From: Bacteriovoracaceae bacterium
Lineage (GTDB): Bacteria; Bdellovibrionota; Bacteriovoracia; Bacteriovoracales; Bacteriovoracaceae
Length of the DNA stretch: 64,000 bases
NCBI GenBank assembly: GCA_041546685.1
Contig: JBFEVX010000007.1
Coordinates: 1,759 to 65,758 of the forward strand
Direction: 5' to 3'
Numbering within the stretch: the first letter of the stretch is position 1; every line of letters starts with the position of its first letter. Below the pieces are notes generated by a model, which was not told where the DNA came from, searched no databases, and saw only the letters and a list, made by a program, of their open reading frames with translations. The position numbers and the translations under genes are program-made. This document shows, piece after piece, positions 54,651 through 63,405 of this stretch.

Positions 54651-55840
54651 AAACTTATTTTGCCTCTTGCCCCAAACGTTCTGAAGAATGGTTGATGGAA
54701 GAATTGAAAACTCTTGGTGCTTCTCAACTTGAGAAGAAGAACGGAGGAGTCCAATTCAAGGCAGAAAATCAGGCGGCTCTCAAAATCTTATTCGAAACCA
54801 GACTAGCATCGAGAATGTATCAACTCCTCGACGTCTATCCCATCATGAATGAAAAAGATGTTTACGCCAAGGTAAACGCCAAGTGGTGGCACAAGGTTTT
54901 CGATAATAATCAAACTTTCAAAATCCAGACTCTTTTTGATACGGATGCTCATAACTTCTTCAAAAACAGCATGCACTTTTCCATGATGGTCAAAGATGCC
55001 ATTGTCGATCAGTTTCGTGCCGAGACAGGAAGAAGACCAAATGTTGATACCTCCAATCCGGACGTCTCACTGTTAGTAAGAGTTGAAAGTCGAGGCAGAG
55101 AACCTGGATTTAATGCCAAATTCTATCTTGATTTGACCAATGTCCCTTTGAGTGATCGTGGCTACAGAAGAGGAAAGCACAAAGCCCCTCTTAGAGAAAA
55201 CCTAGCAGCAATTTTGATTCACATCGCAAAATGGGATCCAAAAAAGAATGCTCTTGCTGATATGTTCTGTGGCTCTGGGACAATCCTGATTGAAGCGGCG
55301 ATGAGGCAACTTGATCTTCCTCCTACTTATATAAAAATCAAAAAGGCCAGAAGAGGCAGAACTACTGACTTTGCCTTTTTGAACCACAAATGGTTTTTGG
55401 CAGACAAGGACCTTCAAAAATGGGTTTCCGAGTATTTTGAGAAGGCCATGGAAAAAGCAGACAAGGCCAAATCATCCAAATCAGAAAACATAATTGGTGG
55501 GGATCGAGATATCTCTTTTGCACTTGAAAATATAAGAGCTGCTGGCCTTGAAGGGCACATCAAATTAATTGAGACTGATTTCAAATCTTTCAAGCCAGAT
55601 GTTGATACACATGGACTTACTCTCATAACCAACCCTCCATACGGTGAAAGACTTGAAGGAGGAGAGGAACTTTATTATCAGATTGGTGAGGCGTTGAAGA
55701 ACAACTTTAAACGTTCAGATGCCTTTGTTCTAACTTCAGATGATGAATACAGAAAAAAGATCTTTTTAAAATCTACTCGAAAATATCCACTCTTCAATGG
55801 ACCGATTGATTGTAGATTGATGCATTATGAGGTCAACTGA
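54647..55840 (+). CDS. THUMP-domain class I SAM-dependent RNA methyltransferase (RlmL/YpsC-like)
   Basis: N-terminal THUMP-like region, SAM-binding DMFCGSGTILIEA and the catalytic NPPYGERL motif. An ATGA overlap links it to the kinase gene. Confidence 0.75.
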   Translation: MKTYFASCPKRSEEWLMEELKTLGASQLEKKNGGVQFKAENQAALKILFETRLASRMYQLLDVYPIMNEKDVYAKVNAKWWHKVFDNNQTFKIQTLFDTDAHNFFKNSMHFSMMVKDAIVDQFRAETGRRPNVDTSNPDVSLLVRVESRGREPGFNAKFYLDLTNVPLSDRGYRRGKHKAPLRENLAAILIHIAKWDPKKNALADMFCGSGTILIEAAMRQLDLPPTYIKIKKARRGRTTDFAFLNHKWFLADKDLQKWVSEYFEKAMEKADKAKSSKSENIIGGDRDISFALENIRAAGLEGHIKLIETDFKSFKPDVDTHGLTLITNPPYGERLEGGEELYYQIGEALKNNFKRSDAFVLTSDDEYRKKIFLKSTRKYPLFNGPIDCRLMHYEVN

Positions 55841-55849
55841 ACAGTTGAC

Positions 55850-56308
55850 CTACTTTTCTGAAACTTTGACGATATGATCGAACTCTTTTTTCGAAACGGG
55901 AGTGATCGAAAGCCTATTTCCCTTTTGAAGAATTTTCATCTCAGAAAGAGGCTTCATATCCTTCATTTCCTGTAAGGAAACTGTACGAGGGAATTTTGCA
56001 ACATATTTGACTTCAATCATAAACCAACGAGGATTCTCTTCTGTTGATTTAGGATCGTAGTATTTGGAATTTTTGTCCCAGCTAGTGTGGTCAGGAAAGG
56101 CCTCCTTTGAGACTTCCATGATTCCGACGACACCTGGTACATCTGTATTTGAATGATAGAAGAGAATTCTATCCCCTTTTTTCATTTCATCGCGCATGAA
56201 GTTTCTGGCTTGATAGTTTCGAACTCCGTCCCAAGGTTCTTTTTTGACTCTCTTTAGATCATCAATTCCAAAAACATCGGGTTCAGATTTCATCAACCAG
56301 TAATTCAT
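55850..56308 (-). CDS. EVE (PUA-like) domain protein
   Basis: MNYWLMKSEPDVF...WDGVRNYQARNFMRDEMKKGDRILFYHS is the canonical EVE-domain N-terminus. 152 aa. Confidence 0.8.
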   Translation of the reverse strand: MNYWLMKSEPDVFGIDDLKRVKKEPWDGVRNYQARNFMRDEMKKGDRILFYHSNTDVPGVVGIMEVSKEAFPDHTSWDKNSKYYDPKSTEENPRWFMIEVKYVAKFPRTVSLQEMKDMKPLSEMKILQKGNRLSITPVSKKEFDHIVKVSEK

Positions 56309-56316
56309 TATCTCTC

Positions 56317-57174
56317 CTAATCTTTGAGTAATCCCTCAAGATTATTGCGCTGGTAAGATGGAATGGCAAAACATCCAGTATGGAGTTCCTTATTGTAGTA
56401 TTGAAATTCAATCTTTGATCCATCAACTCTTTCAGGACTAAAATCACGAATTGGATGCAATCCCTTAGAGGCAAAAGTGAATGACCACAATCCTCCTGGA
56501 TAAGTAAGATTGTTAAAGTTGTAGATTTTTACGACTTCAAATTGATCATGAAGAACTTTCAACATGGATTTTTGAACATCTGCCATCAGAAATGGTGACT
56601 CTCCCTGAGAAACGACAATACCGTCATCAGAAAGAATTTTGTAAATATTGGAGTAGAATTCCGGCCCAAAAAGAGGAGCGGCCGGTCCAATTGGATCTGT
56701 GGAATCAACCATGATCACATCAAATTTTTCTTTGGTTTCCTCAACAAACTTAACCCCATCACCAATGATAAGTTCCATTCTCGGATTGTCATAGGCGCAA
56801 GCTGTTTGCGGAATATGTTCCTTACAGGCATCTACCACCATAGCATCGATTTCAACCTGTACAATTCTCTCAAGAGACTGGTGCTTGAGTACTTCTCTAG
56901 CAGTTCCTCCGTCTCCGCCACCAATAATCAATACCGATTTTGGATTCGGATGAACGAAAAGTGGAACATGAGAAATCATGTCGTGGTAAACAAATTCATC
57001 TCTCTCAGTAACCATGATGAGACCATCATTAAGAAGCATTTTTCCATGCCCTTTGGTTTCAACGACATCTACTGTTTGAAATTCACTTTTTCCGGAGAAT
57101 AAAGTTCTTTCAACCTTGAACTTCACTCCACAAAAACCGTCATAAATTTCTTCAATCCACAATGAACTTTTCAT
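56317..57174 (-). CDS. speE: Spermidine synthase
   Basis: VLIIGGGDGGTAREVLKH, VEID, VDSTDPIGPA and a G-E-S-P-type motif. 285 aa. Confidence 0.9.
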   Translation of the reverse strand: MKSSLWIEEIYDGFCGVKFKVERTLFSGKSEFQTVDVVETKGHGKMLLNDGLIMVTERDEFVYHDMISHVPLFVHPNPKSVLIIGGGDGGTAREVLKHQSLERIVQVEIDAMVVDACKEHIPQTACAYDNPRMELIIGDGVKFVEETKEKFDVIMVDSTDPIGPAAPLFGPEFYSNIYKILSDDGIVVSQGESPFLMADVQKSMLKVLHDQFEVVKIYNFNNLTYPGGLWSFTFASKGLHPIRDFSPERVDGSKIEFQYYNKELHTGCFAIPSYQRNNLEGLLKD

Positions 57175-57183
57175 AACTCAATC

Positions 57184-58098
57184 CTATAATTTTCGAGGAG
57201 CCTTCACTCCCGCATCTCTTCGATAAAAATGGCCAAAATCTACACGGTACCCACAATCAATCTTTTCTGAAAAGAGCATACGACTGTCGTAATTATCAGG
57301 AGTCAGGCCGGCAATATTTTGTTCAAAAGCAACCATATCAAATGAGTCTGGCTTCAAAACATCCAGAATCGTCGACATAAAATTACTTTCCATTGAAATA
57401 TTTGTTTCAAAGCTCACGTAAGAGCAATGCTTTTGAGGAGTCACATGAATTGTACAATATTTGTCATCTTTCAATGCGTTCATGCTGTATCCATATGGAT
57501 CAAAAACAAAATCATCTATTTCAAAACCAGGAAGAACCTTGTCAAATTTAAAGAAATCTCTGATTGCATCCTTGGTATGACCTTCGGTCGTTAGGAAATC
57601 AGATTTATTTTCACAGATGTCATACATCAAAAGTTCAAATGTCTTGTCATCTTCTGCTGGTGTAAATGGCTTGTTGTAATGAAAGAGACAGTTATGATGT
57701 TCATGCTCATGTCCAAACAATAAGAAGGTACCGTCCACAGTTTCTCTGAGAATCTTAAGATCATCCTCAAAAGTAGTATGTTGGAGATGAGAATAATACT
57801 CGTTTTTGCGTTGAAAGATCAGTGACTCGAGTTTGTCCTTACCAACTTTGTTGATGAGATGCAAACAAGCATGAATCAATGTCGTCCTTCCACAAGTGAT
57901 CATCAGTACTCTATCTGACCAGACAAAAAGACTGGATTCAGACAAGAGATAGGCATCACACACATCATTGGAAATACTGGAGAGAATTTCTGCCTGAGAC
58001 TTGGCCACCAATTCTTTGAAAAAATCCACACCCAAAGAGCGAAGATCTACTCCGGAGAATACGGCCTCAAATTTCTTTTCACTACCTTCAAAAAACAT
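57184..58098 (-). CDS. S-adenosylmethionine decarboxylase proenzyme, class 2 (eukaryote-type)
   Basis: FFEGSEKKFEAVF, YLLSESSLFVW (the E-S self-cleavage site), ITCGRTT, FDPYGYSMN and IHVTPQKHCSYVSFETN are collinear with my memory of human AMD1. 304 aa. Confidence 0.8.
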   Translation of the reverse strand: MFFEGSEKKFEAVFSGVDLRSLGVDFFKELVAKSQAEILSSISNDVCDAYLLSESSLFVWSDRVLMITCGRTTLIHACLHLINKVGKDKLESLIFQRKNEYYSHLQHTTFEDDLKILRETVDGTFLLFGHEHEHHNCLFHYNKPFTPAEDDKTFELLMYDICENKSDFLTTEGHTKDAIRDFFKFDKVLPGFEIDDFVFDPYGYSMNALKDDKYCTIHVTPQKHCSYVSFETNISMESNFMSTILDVLKPDSFDMVAFEQNIAGLTPDNYDSRMLFSEKIDCGYRVDFGHFYRRDAGVKAPRKL

Positions 58099-58139
58099 AG
58101 GTTTTATTACTCCAGAACGGGAGTTTGCGCAATGCCCGT

Positions 58140-58961
58140 TTAAAATTTATCTGCAAGCTTCATCGCCCAATTTGGGGATGCAAACTTGAGGAGCGCAGAG
58201 GAGTTCACCACTTTATCCAAATGCTTGGACGAGTTGGAGAAAAAATAAGGAGATACGTCCGGATCCTTTAGGAAGATCGTATGACCTTTACTGGCAAACT
58301 TTCTCATCACGAAATCTGAATCAAGAAAACAGATTTCGCGAAGCATGAAGTTCTTAGCGATATATATCACAATACAGCAGTCCGATAATTCAACCATCGA
58401 CTTCCTGATTTTTACACCTTTGGGAGAAGAGGTATCTGCCCAATGGACTTTGACCTCTGCCCTTTTGTCGCCAAGATAGAAATCAAAGCCTCTTTGAGAT
58501 GCTGATTTTTTCTGATGGAGACCAAAGATACATTTGGCATACCACTCACCAAGTTGAGTCGGGAGATTCTTCCCATTCATCAAAATCTGATGGCCTCTAA
58601 GCAATTGATAGGCCTCATTGACCTTCTCAATAGCATTGAAGATGATTTTATTGTCTGGAATCTGCAATAAGCTGATTTCTTTGGATATAGAACGCTTCAG
58701 TTTTTTACCAAACTGATGTTCGTACCATTTCGGAAAATCATCGTTGGGATGAAGGTCCAAAGAATCACAAACAAAGCTCAACGAAAGCAAATCCTGAATC
58801 GACTTGCACCAATCAAGTTTCTTTTGAAGATACTTCAAGGGTGCATATTCTTTTGGATTTAAACCTACAACAAATACATCGTCTTTATCGTAGTTTGTGC
58901 TTCCGTGAGTCTCCTTGTTGAATTCTGTGATCTCGTCTAGAAGTTGTTCTTTTTTGTCCAT
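58140..58961 (-). CDS. Hypothetical protein with possible PD-(D/E)xK nuclease-like core
   Basis: 273 aa. LGEWYAKCIFGL...RGFDFYLGDKRAEVKVH fits an E...D...E-x-K arrangement. No other recognisable motif. Confidence 0.35.
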   Translation of the reverse strand: MDKKEQLLDEITEFNKETHGSTNYDKDDVFVVGLNPKEYAPLKYLQKKLDWCKSIQDLLSLSFVCDSLDLHPNDDFPKWYEHQFGKKLKRSISKEISLLQIPDNKIIFNAIEKVNEAYQLLRGHQILMNGKNLPTQLGEWYAKCIFGLHQKKSASQRGFDFYLGDKRAEVKVHWADTSSPKGVKIRKSMVELSDCCIVIYIAKNFMLREICFLDSDFVMRKFASKGHTIFLKDPDVSPYFFSNSSKHLDKVVNSSALLKFASPNWAMKLADKF

Positions 58962-59012
58962 TAAATCTTTAAGTTTAAGTGTTATTCACGGAGCAGTTTA
59001 ACACTTTTTCTC

Positions 59013-60713
59013 TTAAAGCTCTACGGTAGAGAGATCTTCCTTGAATCCAATCAACGTTTTGTGAAGCCCCTTGTTAGCAGTCAAGTAATGCTGGCAAAAA
59101 GTCCTGAAATCAATAATCTTTGATTGGTAATAAGCATCATCTTTGCCTTTCGCAACAAGAGCACTATCAAGAAGCAACCAAGCTAGACATAAATTACCGC
59201 AATAGGTCAGGAAGTCGGAGGAGTTAAAGAGTATGGAATCCATCTTTTTCTCTTGGGCCTGTTTTCCAAAAGCGCCCATGATTTCCTGAAGTCCGGCCAG
59301 ACCTTCCTGAATTAGAGCACATTCTTCGCTCCAATCCCCACCAGCTTTGGCCACACTTTCACCGATCAAAGTTGCGAATTTGGTCAGAGTTTTTCCTCCA
59401 TCTTTTAGTACCTTCCTGGTTGAAAAATCCAGGGCCTGAATGGCATTGGTCCCTTCATAGATGGTGGCAATCTTTGTATCTCTAGAGAACTGCTCAATTC
59501 CATATTCACTACAGTATCCATAACCTCCATGAACCTGGATGGCGTCAACACATATCTGAAAGCCTGCTTCTGATCCTACTGATTTACAGATCGGGGTCAA
59601 GAATGCGATCAAGTCTTCAACTGCTGGGTCTGAGTGGGCCTTGTCAAAAAGATCAGCAGTATAAAGACTCATGGCCCTAAGCCCACGAGACATCGCTCGC
59701 ATCTTGAGCATCATTCTTTTTACATCGTGAAGCTTGTTGATTTCAGTTCCAAACTGAACCCGCTCACCTGCATATTGCTCAGTCATCATATAAGCGAGAT
59801 TCGCCTGAGACTCCCCTTGCATTCCACAAAGAAGTCTCGCCTCGTTCATCATGATGAACATATTAACGATTCCTTCATGCTCTTTCCCGATCAACTCACC
59901 AATACATTCCCCTTCAGCGCCGAAAGTGAGCTCGCAAGTTGCCTGAGCATGCAGTCCCATCTTCTCTTCAATCTTGGTACAACGAACATTATTGAAATCA
60001 CCAGTTGAACCATCCGCATTGATCTTATTCTTAGGAACGATAAATAGAGAAAGTCCCTTTGTTCCCTCTGGCGATCCAGGAGTACGAGCAAGAACCAAAT
60101 GAACAATATTTTCATAAAGATCGTTGTCTCCAGAAGAGATGAAGATCTTCACGCCTTTGATTTTAAATGTACCATCACCAACTGGTTCAGCCGTAGTCTT
60201 GGCTGCCCCAACGTCAGATCCAGCTCCGGCCTCGGTCAAACACATAGTTCCACCCCAAGCGCCTTCCATCATCTTTGGAATATATTTGTTTTTCTGGTCT
60301 TCGGTTCCAACCTCATAAATCACATTCATGGCGGCTCGGGACAAACCGTAGTACATGGTCCATGCCACGTTCGCACCATTAGCAATTGAAGAGCAGGCAA
60401 CACTTAATGCATGAGGAACCGGCATCCCTCCAATCTCTTCAGGATAACCAAGAGCAAACCATCCATTCTCATAGAACTGTTGGTTGGCACGATGAAAACA
60501 TTCAGGAACTTTGACTTGACCATTTTCAAGCTTCACACCTTCAACATCGCCCTTCTCTCTTGTTGGGAAAATTTCGTTGCCAATGAATTTATCATATTGA
60601 TTGAGAATGTCTTTGAGATCGTTCTCGCCCATATCTGAACTATGTTCGTGAATCTTAAGCCATTCAAAAAGTGTGAATTCGAGATCTCTGAGGTCTGTCT
60701 TGAAGCCGGCCAT
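59013..60713 (-). CDS. Acyl-CoA dehydrogenase (long form)
   Basis: 566 aa. GGTMCLTEAGAGSDVG, the FISSGD-type motif and a C-terminal IYEGTNAIQALD motif. Confidence 0.85.
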   Translation of the reverse strand: MAGFKTDLRDLEFTLFEWLKIHEHSSDMGENDLKDILNQYDKFIGNEIFPTREKGDVEGVKLENGQVKVPECFHRANQQFYENGWFALGYPEEIGGMPVPHALSVACSSIANGANVAWTMYYGLSRAAMNVIYEVGTEDQKNKYIPKMMEGAWGGTMCLTEAGAGSDVGAAKTTAEPVGDGTFKIKGVKIFISSGDNDLYENIVHLVLARTPGSPEGTKGLSLFIVPKNKINADGSTGDFNNVRCTKIEEKMGLHAQATCELTFGAEGECIGELIGKEHEGIVNMFIMMNEARLLCGMQGESQANLAYMMTEQYAGERVQFGTEINKLHDVKRMMLKMRAMSRGLRAMSLYTADLFDKAHSDPAVEDLIAFLTPICKSVGSEAGFQICVDAIQVHGGYGYCSEYGIEQFSRDTKIATIYEGTNAIQALDFSTRKVLKDGGKTLTKFATLIGESVAKAGGDWSEECALIQEGLAGLQEIMGAFGKQAQEKKMDSILFNSSDFLTYCGNLCLAWLLLDSALVAKGKDDAYYQSKIIDFRTFCQHYLTANKGLHKTLIGFKEDLSTVEL

Positions 60714-60769
60714 ATTTCCCTTCCTGTAAAATAGGTTTGACCTATTTATTATAAGGGAGGCTGGAAATT

Positions 60770-60803
60770 AAAAAAAGACAAGACGCTGTTGCAGCGCCTT
60801 GTC
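60770..60803 (-). terminator. Rho-independent terminator downstream of 60838-61503
   Basis: Stem GACAAGACGCTG (60777-60788) / CAGCGCCTTGTC (60792-60803) with one mismatch and a 3-nt loop. The A-run at 60770-60776 gives a U-run on the minus strand. Confidence 0.7.
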
Positions 60804-60837
60804 CGATATATATTCTTGGTTATTTTTGCAAGAATTC

Positions 60838-61503
60838 TTATTGAATAGCGAAACCTTCGTTTGTGTCTTTCTTCAAGATAGCTACTGGGTTAGCGGCCAA
60901 TGGCAGTCTTGAATCAATGATATAAGCTCTGTTACCGTACTCGAAGTACCACTTTTGAGAAGGCATTCCACCTACAGTAAAGTCATTCTCAGCAGCACAG
61001 TATCCATTGATACACTTCTTAACGTTAGTAGCAGATCTCATTCTGGATACTAGGTTAGATAGAAGTTGTTGAAGGTTGCTTCCAAGTTCAGCATCAAATG
61101 CAAATGTTGAACTTCTATAGACTGGAAGTCCTTGAGCATTTGGCCCAATTCTTCTAGCACCATAGTTAGAGTTCCACTGGTCGAAACAGTCATTCCAACA
61201 GAAGTTGAAATCGAATCCACCACCTGAAAAGTTTAATAGATCAGATACACCTGTGTATCTTCTCCAGTTAACTACGATACCTTCGCTTGAAGCACCACCG
61301 AATTGGTTGTTAGCGACTTGGTTAGTAAAAGTACCCCAATCAACTGCATTAGCTGCAGATCCGTTAGGTGCACCATTGTTTTGTAGAAGAGTTACACCAC
61401 CACCACCTGGAGCAGTCTCTCCCTTCTTGTTGTCTCCTCCACAGGAAGACAATCCTAGTGCCAAAAAGAGCACAAGAAATTTAAAAAAGGTTTTCGCTTT
61501 CAT
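60838..61503 (-). CDS. Putative lipoprotein
   Basis: The ATG at 61503 is preceded by GGAGGAAACG. Signal MKAKTFFKFLVLFLALGLSSC has a lipobox. The track start at 61587 is unlikely. Confidence 0.65.
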   Translation of the reverse strand: MKAKTFFKFLVLFLALGLSSCGGDNKKGETAPGGGGVTLLQNNGAPNGSAANAVDWGTFTNQVANNQFGGASSEGIVVNWRRYTGVSDLLNFSGGGFDFNFCWNDCFDQWNSNYGARRIGPNAQGLPVYRSSTFAFDAELGSNLQQLLSNLVSRMRSATNVKKCINGYCAAENDFTVGGMPSQKWYFEYGNRAYIIDSRLPLAANPVAILKKDTNEGFAIQ

Positions 61504-61654
61504 CGTTTCCTCCAAAAAAACTAAATAAACAAACGAGTTTGGTCTACCCTCTGAAAAGCAAAGAGTGTGCCAAAACCGGCTTCCCAAAAAACAGTTAGTT
61601 GGAGGTGATTTGGAGTGTCCAAAGTTTTAACACTTGGACATGTGTCAAAAGTTT

Positions 61655-62077
61655 TTACATTTTCATAGTCATTTTTCGACAGTTAAAAACAGCAAAATAA
61701 CCTGTGAAATCAGCTATCCAGGGAGTCCTCATCAGCCATTTTGGTTGGTTGGACCAGCCAAATTCACAGAATTTAGGAAAGGCCTTTTCAAAGGCCATGG
61801 CCTCTTCAGCAGAGGTGGCAATGAAATGTACTTTAGGCATGAAGAAAAGGTATCTTCTGAAATCCTGAAGATTTTTGACTTGAGTGATCTTTTCCTGAGG
61901 AACCTTCACATCCTCTAAAGCATACTGATGAAAAACATCAGTGATATTCCCTTTTTCTTTATGAAGATAATTTGAGAGTTTTTCAGGGCTTCTAGACCCT
62001 CCAAGAAAAACATAAGTGGTGAAAATAGTAATAGGAATCAACAAACCCAATAGGATGATGATGATTTTTTTATTCAT
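61655..62077 (-). CDS. Membrane-anchored hypothetical protein
   Basis: The ATG at 62077 is preceded by GGAGGG and overlaps the aminotransferase stop by 8 nt. N-terminal TM MNKKIIIILLGLLIPITIF. Confidence 0.55.
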   Translation of the reverse strand: MNKKIIIILLGLLIPITIFTTYVFLGGSRSPEKLSNYLHKEKGNITDVFHQYALEDVKVPQEKITQVKNLQDFRRYLFFMPKVHFIATSAEEAMAFEKAFPKFCEFGWSNQPKWLMRTPWIADFTGYFAVFNCRKMTMKM

Positions 62078-63386
62078 CCAATCCCTCCAAAAAGGCAGCC
62101 ATTTGATCTGCACCCCATTTAAGGTTTGGACAATGTTTCTCTACAAAATGATCATCAAGCGGGTGCTCTTTAAGGTCTGGATTATGAAGAGGCTCCAAAG
62201 ATTTCTGATAAACCCAATCACCATCGTAGTCAACAGAGGCCACTCGGCACCCCAAGGCATCTTCAGGGTAATAGAAATCAGAACCAGGAAGCAAAGCAAC
62301 TCCAGCCTGATTTAACAACTCTGTTGCCAAACTTGAGCACCCTAGAATTCCCTTTGCCGAAAGCTTTTCTTTGAAATTTTCAAAATCAGGAAAGAGGTAA
62401 AAGGCCCCTTCAGGCTTTGGACAGTTGAGCCCCATTCCTACAAATCTATTAAAAAGATATTCTCCACAGGCCTTATGTATCTTTGTACATTGTTTGACGT
62501 AAGACATCAGGTCGTAATCACCACAATAAGCTTCAAGTGCAGCATATTGAATAGGAGCACTCACTGCAGAAAAAGTTTCAGAGATCATGGCGCTCAAACC
62601 TTTACAGACAGACTCCATTCCCTCGGGTAGCGCAAGAAAGCCCAAACGATAACCACCAGCTGCATGTGATTTGGACAAACCTGATGTCAGAATTGTCCCT
62701 TCTGGGTAATACTTGGGAAAGCCAACATATTCCCGTCCTGAAAAGTTGATCAAAGAATATATCTCATCAGAGATAACGATGACTTTGTTCTTTCTCGCCA
62801 CTTCAGAAAGCTCTTTGACTTCTCTATCCGTATACACAGCGCCAGTAGGATTACTCGGGTTATTGAGAATCAAAATTTTTTGACCTGAGCTCAACCCCTT
62901 ACAGGTCTCTTCGAGTTCGTCAGCCTGTAACTTATAGGAGTTCTCTCTTTTGGTCACAATCGCTTCGATCTGCTTGCCTCTAAGATTAATTTGTGGACCA
63001 TAACTTACCCAACTTGGAGCAGGAACTAGTACCGGTCCCTCAAGAACATAAAGGGCCTGGAAAATCATCTCCTTACTTCCCGGTCCAACGAGGATTAAAT
63101 CTTTATTTATTTCATAATTAAAAAATTGTTTGTAATAACTGGAAATAGCATCACATAAGGCCGGTAGTCCTCGTGTTGGAAGATAGTCTTTTTGATGAGC
63201 ATTGTTAGCCAAGGCTATCTGAATCTTAGGGTGAACAGGAAAAGGTGATTGTCCAAAACCAAAATGGGCCACAGACTTTCCAGTGGCCCTCAATCCTCTT
63301 GCTGTGAGATTGATTGCCAATGTCGCCGATTCTTTGAGATTGACGACATTGGGGTTGAGTTCGACAGCAAATTCCTTTTTGCTCAT
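62070..63386 (-). CDS. Class I/II PLP-dependent aminotransferase
   Basis: 438 aa. NPSNPTG motif and PLP-lysine motif SGLSKSHAAGGYRLG. Confidence 0.85.
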   Translation of the reverse strand: MSKKEFAVELNPNVVNLKESATLAINLTARGLRATGKSVAHFGFGQSPFPVHPKIQIALANNAHQKDYLPTRGLPALCDAISSYYKQFFNYEINKDLILVGPGSKEMIFQALYVLEGPVLVPAPSWVSYGPQINLRGKQIEAIVTKRENSYKLQADELEETCKGLSSGQKILILNNPSNPTGAVYTDREVKELSEVARKNKVIVISDEIYSLINFSGREYVGFPKYYPEGTILTSGLSKSHAAGGYRLGFLALPEGMESVCKGLSAMISETFSAVSAPIQYAALEAYCGDYDLMSYVKQCTKIHKACGEYLFNRFVGMGLNCPKPEGAFYLFPDFENFKEKLSAKGILGCSSLATELLNQAGVALLPGSDFYYPEDALGCRVASVDYDGDWVYQKSLEPLHNPDLKEHPLDDHFVEKHCPNLKWGADQMAAFLEGLDE

Positions 63387-63405
63387 TTCCTATTCCTTCA
63401 GTTAT

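Noticed and set aside
58962-59012. Hairpin GTGTTA-N14-TAACAC followed by a T-run
   Set aside because: The T-run is on the plus strand, but all neighbouring genes are on the minus strand. The loop is long and the stem only 6 bp.
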